DNA from: Verrucomicrobiales bacterium
Lineage (GTDB): Bacteria > Verrucomicrobiota > Verrucomicrobiia > Limisphaerales > DUCD01
Assembly: GCA_012959985.1 (NCBI GenBank)
Contig: DUCD01000483.1
Location: 1-50,293 of the forward strand
Length of the DNA stretch: 50,293 bases
Reading direction: 5' to 3'
The notes under the pieces are model-generated. The model was not told the origin of the DNA, did no database searches, and worked only from the letters and a program-made list of their open reading frames with translations. Position numbers and translations under genes: made by a program. This document shows positions 9,511 to 19,030 of this stretch, piece by piece; the first letter of the stretch is position 1, and each line of letters starts with the position of its first letter.

Positions 9511-9687
9511 TAGTATTAAAAGATTTAATCTGCCCAAGTAGTGCGTGGCCCCCGAGCGTGGCCCCGTTCGATGCCCGGGTTCATGATTTCTTACGAACTT
9601 AGTTTTTCTACACTACGGGGTTGGTAATTCGGGCGCTTAGGCTTGTGCGGCTTCGTTCAATAATTCGCCAGGCACAGCTTGGTAGAC

Positions 9688-9727
9688 AAAAAGGGCCGAA
9701 GCGGAGTGCTTCGGCCTTTGATTTGAA
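9688..9727. terminator. Bidirectional rho-independent terminator between convergent genes
   Basis: A5 run, then a 9-bp perfect stem GGCCGAAGC / GCTTCGGCC (9694-9702 and 9708-9716) with a 5-nt loop, followed by TTTGATTT. An A-run on one side and a T-run on the other allow it to work on both strands. Confidence 0.6.
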
Positions 9728-9753
9728 GTTTAAAACTGCCGTCTCTTCAATCC

Positions 9754-11358
9754 TTAGTTTGAGGACTGATAGAATTTGCGTGCTGCGTCCGGTGCTATTG
9801 TCATTGGACTGCTCGCGCCGTCCACCTCCTCATAAGGTCCTTCAACATTGTCGGCTCCCAGCAGGGGGGCACCTTCGTAGGTCAGGACGATATTGCCATC
9901 TGCATCGGTACTGATGCCGATGGTGGAGACTGGATCTGGGCCCGGGCCCGGATCTTCGCCGTCGGTTAAGGTCGCGATATCGGTGGTCGTGGTATTGATC
10001 GTGCCCTGTGCGGAGACGATGACCATGAACTCAGATTCAAAATCTTCCGCGATTGGGAAGAATCGATGTGTGCTGCCGGTTGCGCCGGTGATGTCGACGA
10101 ATCCGTCTCCATCATTGCGTTGCCATTGGTAGTTCACCCCGATGGGATCGCCGAGGCGGGACGCTTCGGCTGCCACGGTGAATTCGACGGCTTGCGCCGC
10201 GCTGCCAAAAACCAGTTGAAGATCTTGAATCACCCAGTTGGGATTGGTGCCGGTAGAGCAATCATCCCATCCTCCGGCAAATTGAATGACCAAGGTGTCG
10301 TCAGCGCTGAAACTTCCCAACACGGCCGAACTGGTAATGAATTCTCCGTCGCCGTATCCCGCCGAAGGGCCATTGAACGCGTATTGGCCGCCTACGATTG
10401 AGCTGCCCTGCATGATTACGGGCCAATATCCGTTCGAGGTAAAGGCCTCGGCTGGAACCCGGGAAAACGCGCCGCCATTGACGCTGAGGCGTACCTGTCC
10501 GCCGTCCCATTCGTCGCCTTCGAAGGCGTAACGGTGGCTGAAGTTGAGAGTGACTTCATCGTTCTGCGGAACGGTGTATATCGGGCTGTTCAACAGTGAA
10601 TGGTAAGGACCTCCGCAGTCACTGTTGCTGCCATCGGCAATCCACAAGCCTTGAGCCGCGTCGTATTCCCAAGGTCCAGGCACGGCGCCAACGGTTTCCA
10701 CCGTGAAACCGCCATCATCGGTGGCGAAGTCTTGACTGGTGATGGGCAGAAAAACCAGATCCATTGTGTCGATAACCCAGTTGGGATTGGTGCCGGTGGC
10801 GGCCTCATCCCATCCTCCGGCAAATTGAACGACCAAGGTGTCGTTGGCGTTGAAGCTGCCGAGCGCGGCTGTGCTGGTGATGAATTCACCCTCAGAGTAT
10901 CCCGCCGATGGACCATTGAACGCGCTTTGGCCGTTCAGGAGCCCGTTGCCTTGAAGGACGCCGGGGGCGTACCCGTTGGCGCTGAACGCCTCGGGTGGAA
11001 CGGTGGTGAATTCACCGCCATTGACGCTGATGCGCACCTGACCCCCATCCCACAAATCGCCTTCAAAGGCGTAGCGATGGCTGAAATTGAGGGTGACCGC
11101 GCAGGATTCCGACAACGGGATTTCAGAACTGTTCAATAGTAAATGGTAGGGTCCGCCGCCGCCGCTCTCGCTGCCATCGGCGATCTGATCCGGAAGCCGC
11201 GTCGTATACCCACGGTCCGGGCACCTCACCTTCGGTTTCCACGGTGTATCCTCCGTCGCTGGAATTGAAATCATTGCTGACCAGGGGCAGGCCCTGAGAC
11301 GCCAGAACTCCGATTTGATCGATTGGCTGTTGAGTGATGTCAATGATGACGTCGTCAT
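9754..11358 (-). CDS. C-terminal portion of the PA14 giant adhesin (two ~181-aa jelly-roll-like domains plus an Ig-like domain), separated from the upstream ORF by a frameshift
   Basis: 534-aa ORF. Only residues from about D57 ('DQIADGSESGGGGPYH', nt 11190 downward) are homologous to the internal repeat. The first ~56 codons are an out-of-frame reading of the upstream ORF's 3' end. Confidence 0.6.
   Translation of the reverse strand: MTTSSLTSLNSQSIKSEFWRLRACPWSAMISIPATEDTPWKPKVRCPDRGYTTRLPDQIADGSESGGGGPYHLLLNSSEIPLSESCAVTLNFSHRYAFEGDLWDGGQVRISVNGGEFTTVPPEAFSANGYAPGVLQGNGLLNGQSAFNGPSAGYSEGEFITSTAALGSFNANDTLVVQFAGGWDEAATGTNPNWVIDTMDLVFLPITSQDFATDDGGFTVETVGAVPGPWEYDAAQGLWIADGSNSDCGGPYHSLLNSPIYTVPQNDEVTLNFSHRYAFEGDEWDGGQVRLSVNGGAFSRVPAEAFTSNGYWPVIMQGSSIVGGQYAFNGPSAGYGDGEFITSSAVLGSFSADDTLVIQFAGGWDDCSTGTNPNWVIQDLQLVFGSAAQAVEFTVAAEASRLGDPIGVNYQWQRNDGDGFVDITGATGSTHRFFPIAEDFESEFMVIVSAQGTINTTTTDIATLTDGEDPGPGPDPVSTIGISTDADGNIVLTYEGAPLLGADNVEGPYEEVDGASSPMTIAPDAARKFYQSSN
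10215..11290 (-). repeat. Tandem duplication, period 543 bp (181 codons), inside the adhesin gene
   Basis: ACCCAGTTGGGATTGGTGCCGG occurs at 10232 and 10775. The translated copies share 'VPGPW.YDAA.G.W/IADGS.S..GGPYH.LLNS...VTLNFSHRYAFEGD.WDGGQVR.SVNGG.F..VP.EAF..NGY...AFNGPSAGY..GEFITS.A.LGSF.A.DTLV.QFAGGWD...TGTNPNWVI'. Confidence 0.75.
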
Positions 11359-14356
11359 CGGTCAGGAACACGGGCAGATTCGACAACAAGAATTCCCCGG
11401 GGATCGGGTTGCTTCCGTTGGGCGGACGGCCCGGATCGGTACCATCGCTGGTGAACGACCACGCCACAGCGAAGTTATCGCCGCCGCCGCCTTCAGAGAA
11501 GACACCTTCAATGTAGTAACGTTGGTCGGCGACAAGGTCGATCGGATCGGACGTTGTCCCCTCTGGGCCGTCAAAAAGCTCATCCTTCGCCGGTTCGCGG
11601 TTCGCCCAGGTCCTCACCTGAGACCAGCTGGCTTCGGCGGCGATCAGTTGCGAGTTTGCGGGATTCTCGTCAGTGCTCAAATACAACTCCGCATTGTCGT
11701 CCACCGCCAGGAAGAAGCGGTAGGTGCCCGTGACCTCGGGTTGCAGGTAGCCGAAGAGGATCGCTCCGTAGTTGTCCGACACGTCGCTCTGAGGGGCGGT
11801 ATCGATATTGCCCGTGGCAGGTGTTTCAAAATAAGTCGCCACATGACTCTCACGGGCCGCGATCGCTCCGATGGTCCCTTCGCCCGGGGGGGATGCGGCA
11901 CCAAACTGATTGTAATTCTCGGGAAATACATTGATTCCGCGAGGCTCATCGTAGAAGGTGATCCCGGCGCCCCCGTCTTCGTAGAAAAGCACTGTCAGTC
12001 CGCCAGGACCGAACTTGTAAGACGAGAAGTTTTTCGAAGGATTGCCTGAATTGGCGTTGCCGGAGATGTCGGTCGCGCCGTTGACGGTCAATGTGTAGAT
12101 CACACCGTCACCTTGTTCGGCGGTATTGATGACCACCTGCCGGGTGCCGTCAAACGTTGCCCCGGTGACGCTCAACTCGCTGCCGTCTTCGGCAATGATA
12201 CTGTAAGCGCCGGTGTTTTCGACGGAGGCCGCGTCCACATCCTCGTTGAAGACCACGATGACGTTAGCCTTCAGCGGGTCCGCGTTGACAGTGACGATTT
12301 CCGGCGCTAAGACGTCATTGTCGACTGTCAATTCGACGGTATCGCTCACCAGGCGACTGTAAGTGCCGTTTGTGTTGAACACCTCTACACGAAGTTGGGC
12401 GTTATTATCCTCCTGACCGAGAACCTCAAGGGTGTACTCCGCTTCCGTCTCGCCCCTGACCGGCTCGTCGTTTTTATACCAGACATAGTTGAACGCGAGG
12501 GGATCCGATCCGGAGACTTGCACTGAAAACGTCGCGGCCTTGCCTTCCGTCCCGACCGTGCTCACAGGTTGAACATCGATGCTCAACTCGCCGGAATTCA
12601 CGGCGGATTGTAGAAATTCGCCGGTGATGATTTGCGAGCCATCCCCGGTCTCCGGGGCAATGCCGGTTGTGTTCCACGCGATGGCGAAATTGTCCCCGCC
12701 GCCGCCTTCCTGGTTGATGGCCTCAAAGTAATAGCGTTGACCGGCTGTCAGATCGAATCCGTTCGGGTGTTCGGTGGGCGATTTGTTCACATCGCCGTCC
12801 GTGCCATTCCAGTCCCTAACCGCGTTCCACACATTCTCGCGGGCAATTTCAATCGTATTCTCAGGATTCTCATCGGTCGACAAATAGAGGAACGCGTTGT
12901 CGTCCGAAGCGATATAGAAGTGATAGGTCGCGGTTACTTTGGGGACGATATAACCGATCATCAGGATCCCGTACTGGTCCTGAACGTTGCCATCGGGGTT
13001 TACCGTGATATCACCGGTGTTGGGAACTTCAAGATACGGCATTGTGCTCGAAGCGCGCGCGCTGAAATTGTCTTGATTCCCCATAACCGAAGCATCAAAC
13101 GGGTTGAATGTCAGCGGATACAGTCCCTTGCCACGGTCCGCCGCGGGGTACATGTTGATCGGATTGCCCTCGTAAAACAGGTAAAGGGCGCCGGGCAATG
13201 CAAATGCGATATCTATGGTCGTCGCGGTGACTGTATTGCCGGCCTCTGACAAATCCTTGATTCCTGAAATTCGCAGAGAAGTGGCTTCGTCTGTAAAGTT
13301 GGCTGTCTCGATTACCACTGACGCGCCGTCCAACATACGCACGCCCTGGACGTCGATGGTCTGGCCGCTGAAGGTATAGTTTCCCAGGTCGGTCGCCGTC
13401 GCTTCGGTCACCAGTTCGTTGTACTGAACGATGAAGCCATGCGGTTCGGCGGAAGAGTTGACCCCAAGGATTTCCGGTGCATCAATGTCCGCTTCGACGA
13501 AAATGGATCCTCCATCGAAATCAACGCCGTTGGCGCCACTGGCATCACTTTTCACATTCAGTGTGAAAAGTGCCCCATCGTCAGCCAATTCAGCAATGAG
13601 GGTGATCCATGGTAAAGTGGCGCCGGCAATATCGGCTCCATTTTTCTTCCATTGGAACTTCATCCCAGCGACCGAACCGAAGAGATCCACTCGGAAAGAA
13701 ACGAGAGTGGACTCAGAAACGAAATGATCAACCGGGAAGTGGAGAAAGTCGGCTTGAGGGGGGCCGGCCGGCCTGGTAGGGCTTGGGGCGGGAAGCAGGG
13801 CGCCCACGGGAATGATCTCCTGGGTGCCATCGGGCAATTCCCAACCGATATCCATCCAGTCACCGCCTCCGCCTTCCTGGTAGAGGGCTTCAAAATAATA
13901 GATCCCCCCTGTCTCAAGAGTGACCGTGCCACTACGCTCGTCAAGACGTGCTCCGTCAAAAAGGCCGGTGCAACAACCGGTTTCCTTGCCCAATAGTTGG
14001 AGATTGGCTGGATCGTCATCGCTACTCAGCAAGAATTCCGAGTTGTCATCACTGGCCGTGTAGAAAGTGATGTCCCCGGATATCGGAGAAACAATGTAGC
14101 CTTTAATGAGGCTTCCGAAATCATCTCCCTGTCCACGAGGCGTTGAAAAACCCACGGCGGTATCCAAGTCCAGGGAATCAACGGGCGAATCCGGAAAACC
14201 GGGAAAGGCCCTAAGGTCCTCGACCGCGGTCGTTCGACCCCCTTCAGAATTGAACACGTTATCCCAGAACAATTGTTCAAGAACACCGGCGTTCAGTGAA
14301 AAGCCTGTAAATAAGAGACAGGCCGATACTTTTAGAATTAATAATTTTTTATACAT
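11123..14356 (-). CDS. Giant secreted adhesin-like protein, N-terminal 1077 aa: three PA14 domains alternating with Ig-like domains
   Basis: Signal peptide 'MYKKLLILKVSACLLFTGFSLNAG'. Three PA14-like units ('FYTASDDNSEFLLSSDDDPANL...YYFEALYQEGGGGDWMDIGW', 'FYIASDDNAFLYLSTDENPENT...YYFEAINQEGGGGDNFAIAW', 'FFLAVDDNAELYLSTDENPANS...YYIEGVFSEGGGGDNFAVAW'). Confidence 0.8.
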   Translation of the reverse strand: MYKKLLILKVSACLLFTGFSLNAGVLEQLFWDNVFNSEGGRTTAVEDLRAFPGFPDSPVDSLDLDTAVGFSTPRGQGDDFGSLIKGYIVSPISGDITFYTASDDNSEFLLSSDDDPANLQLLGKETGCCTGLFDGARLDERSGTVTLETGGIYYFEALYQEGGGGDWMDIGWELPDGTQEIIPVGALLPAPSPTRPAGPPQADFLHFPVDHFVSESTLVSFRVDLFGSVAGMKFQWKKNGADIAGATLPWITLIAELADDGALFTLNVKSDASGANGVDFDGGSIFVEADIDAPEILGVNSSAEPHGFIVQYNELVTEATATDLGNYTFSGQTIDVQGVRMLDGASVVIETANFTDEATSLRISGIKDLSEAGNTVTATTIDIAFALPGALYLFYEGNPINMYPAADRGKGLYPLTFNPFDASVMGNQDNFSARASSTMPYLEVPNTGDITVNPDGNVQDQYGILMIGYIVPKVTATYHFYIASDDNAFLYLSTDENPENTIEIARENVWNAVRDWNGTDGDVNKSPTEHPNGFDLTAGQRYYFEAINQEGGGGDNFAIAWNTTGIAPETGDGSQIITGEFLQSAVNSGELSIDVQPVSTVGTEGKAATFSVQVSGSDPLAFNYVWYKNDEPVRGETEAEYTLEVLGQEDNNAQLRVEVFNTNGTYSRLVSDTVELTVDNDVLAPEIVTVNADPLKANVIVVFNEDVDAASVENTGAYSIIAEDGSELSVTGATFDGTRQVVINTAEQGDGVIYTLTVNGATDISGNANSGNPSKNFSSYKFGPGGLTVLFYEDGGAGITFYDEPRGINVFPENYNQFGAASPPGEGTIGAIAARESHVATYFETPATGNIDTAPQSDVSDNYGAILFGYLQPEVTGTYRFFLAVDDNAELYLSTDENPANSQLIAAEASWSQVRTWANREPAKDELFDGPEGTTSDPIDLVADQRYYIEGVFSEGGGGDNFAVAWSFTSDGTDPGRPPNGSNPIPGEFLLSNLPVFLTDDDVIIDITQQPIDQIGVLASQGLPLVSNDFNSSDGGYTVETEGEVPGPWVYDAASGSDRRWQRERRRRTLPFTIEQF

Positions 14357-14794
14357 AGTGACAATTATATTGTTTCGAAATGAACTAATTCAAGTACCTA
14401 CCTATCTGATTTAACCACCAATAATCTCTGGGGGTGATGCCACACTGGAAACATAGATCGGCAATTGCGCACCGTCCCGGGAAGAAACGCCTTTTTCTAT
14501 CAGGATTTATCGATTACAAATCGGCCTGCCTGGTCAGCGCTTCGACGGTACGGATGCGAACCATTTGATCCCCATAGAGGTCAGGGGATTTCATCGACAA
14601 TTCCAATCGTCTTGTCGGCATTTCTTGGGTAAGAAACTAAAATATCGAAGTGTGTATTCGTGTCAAGCTCAATTGCGATTTTGGCCGTCTTAACGGTGCT
14701 TCCGTCATTAAGTGTGAATGAACAAACAAGGAATGTAGAGAACGTGGAGTGTTCTTTGCCTTCTCAGGTTGAAAGGCCAGATTGTGGAACAGCT

Positions 14795-15514
14795 TCATTC
14801 GAAGATTTCGTTTTTGAAGACGGGCCCGGACTTGACCGTTTGTTCGACGCCGAGTTTCTTGAGCACTTCGGGAGGCGGACCATTGAAACCGAGGAGCGAT
14901 ACGTTACCAACGTAGCCGATGGCCTTCCAGCCGGGCTCGGTTGAGTAGTAAGCGCCGGCAGCGATGTTGCGGAAGGATTGGAAAAAACCGGCGGCCTTCT
15001 TATGGGCGGGTTTGGCGTCGGGCGGCCAACAAATGTCGTCGATGAGGGCGCTCATCTGCGTTTCCTTGAGCGTGGCGAATCCCTTCCTGAAACGGGTGTG
15101 GGATTCTTTTTCCAGCCATTCAATACCGGACAGAATCTTTTCACGGTCCGCCTGCTGACTCGGATACGGGGCACTGACCCATTCGTCGATGAAGTCGGGG
15201 ACTTGCAGTTCACTGGCGGAGGGCCCGAGTTGATCCGCTGGCAGAATCAGATCGGCCAATGCGGTGACGATCTGACGTTGTGCAGCATTGAAGGTGAGCG
15301 GCCAGAAGTCGCCCGGCTCGTAATGGCCGGTGAGGTCGGGATCTGTACCGTAGCCCTTGTCGGAAGTCACCGGCGTGGCCGCGAGGCTGAGATTCTCAAT
15401 AGGGTCCAACTGCATCGCAGCGGTCGCGGCGGCAAACCATTTGAGGACCTCGCGGCGAGATAATCGGGATCCGAGCTTGGCCGAATCGGGCGCTTGTACG
15501 TTTTTTATGCTCAT
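14795..15514 (-). CDS. Gluconate 2-dehydrogenase subunit 3 family protein (Tat-signal small subunit of a GMC oxidoreductase)
   Basis: 239-aa ORF with the twin-arginine motif 'LSRREVLKWFAAATAAMQL'. Its start overlaps the stop of the upstream GMC gene by 4 nt (15511-15514). Confidence 0.75.
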   Translation of the reverse strand: MSIKNVQAPDSAKLGSRLSRREVLKWFAAATAAMQLDPIENLSLAATPVTSDKGYGTDPDLTGHYEPGDFWPLTFNAAQRQIVTALADLILPADQLGPSASELQVPDFIDEWVSAPYPSQQADREKILSGIEWLEKESHTRFRKGFATLKETQMSALIDDICWPPDAKPAHKKAAGFFQSFRNIAAGAYYSTEPGWKAIGYVGNVSLLGFNGPPPEVLKKLGVEQTVKSGPVFKNEIFE

Positions 15515-17310
15515 AGATTTCCTTTTTTCGCCTGTTCAATGATGTAGTCACCGGTGCGCCACGCCAGGGCCATGATGGTGAGGGTTGGATTCTTGTCGGC
15601 ATTGGAGACGAAGGACGAGCCGTCGTTGACGAATAGGTTTTTCACGTCCCAGGTCTGGTTCCACTTGTTGCATACAGAATTCGACGGTGCGTTCCCCATC
15701 ATCGCGCCGCCAACCTCGTGTTTGGTCTTGCCTCCCGGCCGGATGACCTCCCGGCCGGTCTTGTTCCTATTGCTGGTGACAGTACCGCCCATGGCTTCAA
15801 TTATCGATGTGAAAGTTTTCAGCGCATGGGTGGCCATGTTGAATTCGTGGTCGCTCCAGCGCCAGTGCCAGCGGATGACGGGAATGCCCCACTTGTCTTT
15901 TACGTTTGGATCGAGTTCAGCGTACGAATTCTCGTTGGGAATCATTTCCCCACGACACGCGAGACTGAGCGAGGCACCATAATAGCGCCGCGCTTCTTTC
16001 TTGAGTTGGCTTCCGTATGCACCGCGAACAAGACTTGCCGACACGGGCAGGCTCCCGCCGGGCATGCGGCGGGTGGCTCCCAACTCAACATGATAGCCAC
16101 GGGCAAAGTCAAGTTTTCCGGCCTGCTGTTCCCGGTAAAGCCACCATGGCGCGTAGAAATGAGAGCCGCCCGCGCCGTCTTCATTGTGCGCTGGCAGATT
16201 TTCCAGGGCAGGAATATGTCCGCGAAGGTCTACGCCAACGGTGTCCATTATGTATTTTCCGATCAATCCAGAGCGGTTCGCCAAACCTTGTGGAAACCGC
16301 TTGCTCTTTGAATTGAGTAGGATACGAACGGTCTCGCCGCTACTGGCAGCCACCACGACGGCCTTGGCCTTTACTCGTTCTTCGCGCCCGGTCGTCTTGT
16401 CGATGAACAGCGCGCCGGTGGCTTTGCCATTGCGGTCGATTGTGACCTCGCGGGCGTGGGCATCGGGTATGATGTCGAGATTTCCCGTGGCAAGGGCTGG
16501 AGGTAGATGCACAGTGGTGCTCTGGTAATTGGCGCGAATGTTGCACCCTCGACCACACGGGGTCGCCCAAAAGCACGCGGCCCGGGCGCGCATCGAGTCG
16601 GCAACGATTTTCTGCGCCCACTTGTTGTTGGGGTGCAGCTTTGCCGGAATCGTTTCCGCGTCGAGCGGCTTGGTCAATACGGCCCGGTGAATCGGCACGA
16701 TGGGCACGCCGACCTTTTTGGCGTGCTTCTGTGCGAGCAGTTCCGCTGCGCGTCCTCTCGGCGGGGGAAGCAGGACCCCGGGCGGCGAATCCGGTGTGTT
16801 CTCCAAGCCCTCAATGGAGCCGTAAACGCCGATAAGACGCTCCACGTTCGTATAATAGGGTTCGACCGTCTCGTAATCCAATGGCCAGTCTAAGCCAAGT
16901 CCGTCGCGGGAACGCGGCTTGAAGTCATACGGGCCATTTCGCAGGGAGATGCGGCCCCAGTGATTCGTGCGGCCCCCCATCATACGTGAGCGCCACCACC
17001 AGAATTGTTCCTCCTCCTTGTCGTTCGACTGGGTGTAGGGCTCGTTAGGGACCTCCCAACCTCCGTCAATCGTGGAATCATGAAAACCGAGATGTTTGTC
17101 CGGAGTGGGTGCTCCCATCAACGGCGCCTGATCCTTGCGCTGGAACATGGGGGTTTCCGTGCCAGGATCGTAATCCCGGCCAGATTCAAGCATGACACAT
17201 TTGAGACCGGCCAAGGTCAGCGTATAGGCCATCTGGCCGCCACCGGCGCCGGAGCCGATGATGGCTACGTCGTATTCTTGCGCAGCTTGTGAAGGTTTTA
17301 TCGTAGGCAT
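15511..17310 (-). CDS. GMC family FAD-dependent oxidoreductase
   Basis: The ATG at 17310 (M39 of the track ORF) gives 'MPTIKPSQAAQEYDVAIIGSGAGGGQMAYTLTLAGLKCVMLESG', a Rossmann GxGxxG motif. The C-terminal 'GGAMMG...NLFVNDGSSF' matches the GMC C-terminal region. Confidence 0.85.
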   Translation of the reverse strand: MPTIKPSQAAQEYDVAIIGSGAGGGQMAYTLTLAGLKCVMLESGRDYDPGTETPMFQRKDQAPLMGAPTPDKHLGFHDSTIDGGWEVPNEPYTQSNDKEEEQFWWWRSRMMGGRTNHWGRISLRNGPYDFKPRSRDGLGLDWPLDYETVEPYYTNVERLIGVYGSIEGLENTPDSPPGVLLPPPRGRAAELLAQKHAKKVGVPIVPIHRAVLTKPLDAETIPAKLHPNNKWAQKIVADSMRARAACFWATPCGRGCNIRANYQSTTVHLPPALATGNLDIIPDAHAREVTIDRNGKATGALFIDKTTGREERVKAKAVVVAASSGETVRILLNSKSKRFPQGLANRSGLIGKYIMDTVGVDLRGHIPALENLPAHNEDGAGGSHFYAPWWLYREQQAGKLDFARGYHVELGATRRMPGGSLPVSASLVRGAYGSQLKKEARRYYGASLSLACRGEMIPNENSYAELDPNVKDKWGIPVIRWHWRWSDHEFNMATHALKTFTSIIEAMGGTVTSNRNKTGREVIRPGGKTKHEVGGAMMGNAPSNSVCNKWNQTWDVKNLFVNDGSSFVSNADKNPTLTIMALAWRTGDYIIEQAKKGNL

Positions 17311-18280
17311 GATTGGTTGCTTGGAAATGTCCTGAATTGGTAGAAGGAAACGGTATGTTTTTCGTATTGGTGAAGCAAGTATATTGGGTAATCTCTTAAC
17401 GAGATTTCTTGTTGGTATTTCCATCAGTAGGTGTTGATCGACAGAACGTAAATCTTTTGAAGTGAGCAGGTTGCATTTGGTTTTAACTCTGAATAGAACC
17501 TATATCATCAAAATACCGGAAAAAACCATACGCCAAAACCAGTTACGCATAGTGGATTAATAGTTGATAGGGAAAGCACTGCGACCAGTCACGATATTAC
17601 GGTCTCTGAAAAACTATCAAAGGACACAGAAATTGATTCGGAGGAGGAATAATAGCCATCAAGACAGAAGATTGAAAACCCGTAAATATTGTGAAAGCAA
17701 CTGACTGTCATTCAAGAGAATGGACGGAGCCGGCAGGGTGGTTCCACCGACGCTTGAAAATTACAATGATGACGAGGCAATTATCAAACTCAGTCGTAAT
17801 GGTCTAGAAAAGAAGGGGTATCAAGTCACAGCGTTGCCAAGCAGGAACTTTCCTGGTTGAGAGCCGGGAAAGTTCCCGAGCAAACCACCTCATCTGCCGC
17901 GTATCAGCTTGATCACGCCTGCCACGAACGCAAGAACGACTACGATAATCAATATTTCAAATAGGCCGATATTCAATTCATAAAAACTAAAGAAGCAGGT
18001 AGTGTTCTGCAACACAAAAAATCCATTCAAATAGCCGTCCGATCGTTCATCGGTCGAGCGTAGGTTTTCGATTGTTTGTGGAAAAGTTATTCAAAATGCT
18101 GTAGTATTCTACCATAATACATCTAACCCTATTGTTCGCCTTCCCTTGAAATCCGTCTGAGGATCAAGGAACGAATATTGTTTGAGTTTCGATGAAAGAG
18201 GAATACCCCGCAGGGAAAGGGGCTTGACCGTTGTGTAGGTGGATGGTTGGATCTTGAAGTGCCAAGTGAGCTGCGAATAG

Positions 18281-18844
18281 ATGAATGAAAGCATGACATT
18301 CGGTGAGGCAATTCTACTTCGCGCAGAGTTCGATGCGCGTCTACCGAAATATTTCCTTTTTGTATCGTCTCTTAGCATTGCAGCGACGTTCATAGGGATC
18401 CCATTCCTTCTTTTCTGGCTTATGGGACTCGGCCTATACATCCATCGGCGGCAGTACGAGTCGCTGGGCTGCGAACTCACCCCGAGGGCACTCAACATCC
18501 GACGAGGATTCCTTTTCCGTACGCAGACAAACATCCCACTGGACAAGATCACGGATCTCGCCGTTAACGAAGGCCCGGTGCTGCGTTATCTAGGATTGTG
18601 CACACTCAGTGTCGAGACGGCTGGTGGCGGGGCGGGAACGAACATGGGGCAAGCCTCGCTTCCGGGGATTGTCAACGCGGTTGGATTTCGAGACGCCGTT
18701 CTGGCTCAACGCGATCTAATCACTGACCCGGGAACTGTGGAACGACAGGCCGCTCCGCCTTCGATGCCCGAGCATGTGGTCACACTGCTTGAAATTCGGG
18801 ATTCGCTGCATCGCATCGAGCAGCTTCTGGAAAAGAAGAATTGA
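18281..18844 (+). CDS. Bacterial PH-domain (bPH_2 / YdbS-YdbT-like) membrane protein
   Basis: Two adjacent TM segments ('YFLFVSSLSIAATFIGIPFLLFWLMGLGLYI') followed by 'LTPRALNIRRGFLFRTQTNIPLDKITDLAVNEGPVLRYLGLCTLSVETAGG', the DUF304 pattern. Confidence 0.7.
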   Translation: MNESMTFGEAILLRAEFDARLPKYFLFVSSLSIAATFIGIPFLLFWLMGLGLYIHRRQYESLGCELTPRALNIRRGFLFRTQTNIPLDKITDLAVNEGPVLRYLGLCTLSVETAGGGAGTNMGQASLPGIVNAVGFRDAVLAQRDLITDPGTVERQAAPPSMPEHVVTLLEIRDSLHRIEQLLEKKN

Positions 18845-19030
18845 CTGAAGTAAACCCTGTCATCGGCATTTACTGATTCCTAAATTTCAGAGTTTTTGGC
18901 TTTCGCTGTCTTTCGAGAGTTCTGCATTGATCTCACTGATTAGTGGGAGTTTATCATTGGCTGTTCGAAGGGAATTATTGTAGGTTGTTGTTCTCATTTT
19001 CATCAATTTCCAGGAACGAAAAGTCCAAAA

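Noticed and set aside
11180-11200. Programmed ribosomal frameshift in the adhesin gene
   Set aside because: There is no slippery heptamer, homopolymer or obvious downstream stimulatory structure at the junction. An indel or mutation is the simpler explanation.
14660-14944. 94-aa plus-strand ORF in and next to the adhesin upstream region
   Set aside because: Its 3' half is antisense to the Tat-signal subunit gene (14795..15514). It has no motif and is treated as non-coding promoter DNA for the adhesin.
18109-18552. 147-aa minus-strand ORF
   Set aside because: It overlaps the 5' half of the bPH_2 membrane protein gene, which has clear family features, and its own sequence has no motif.
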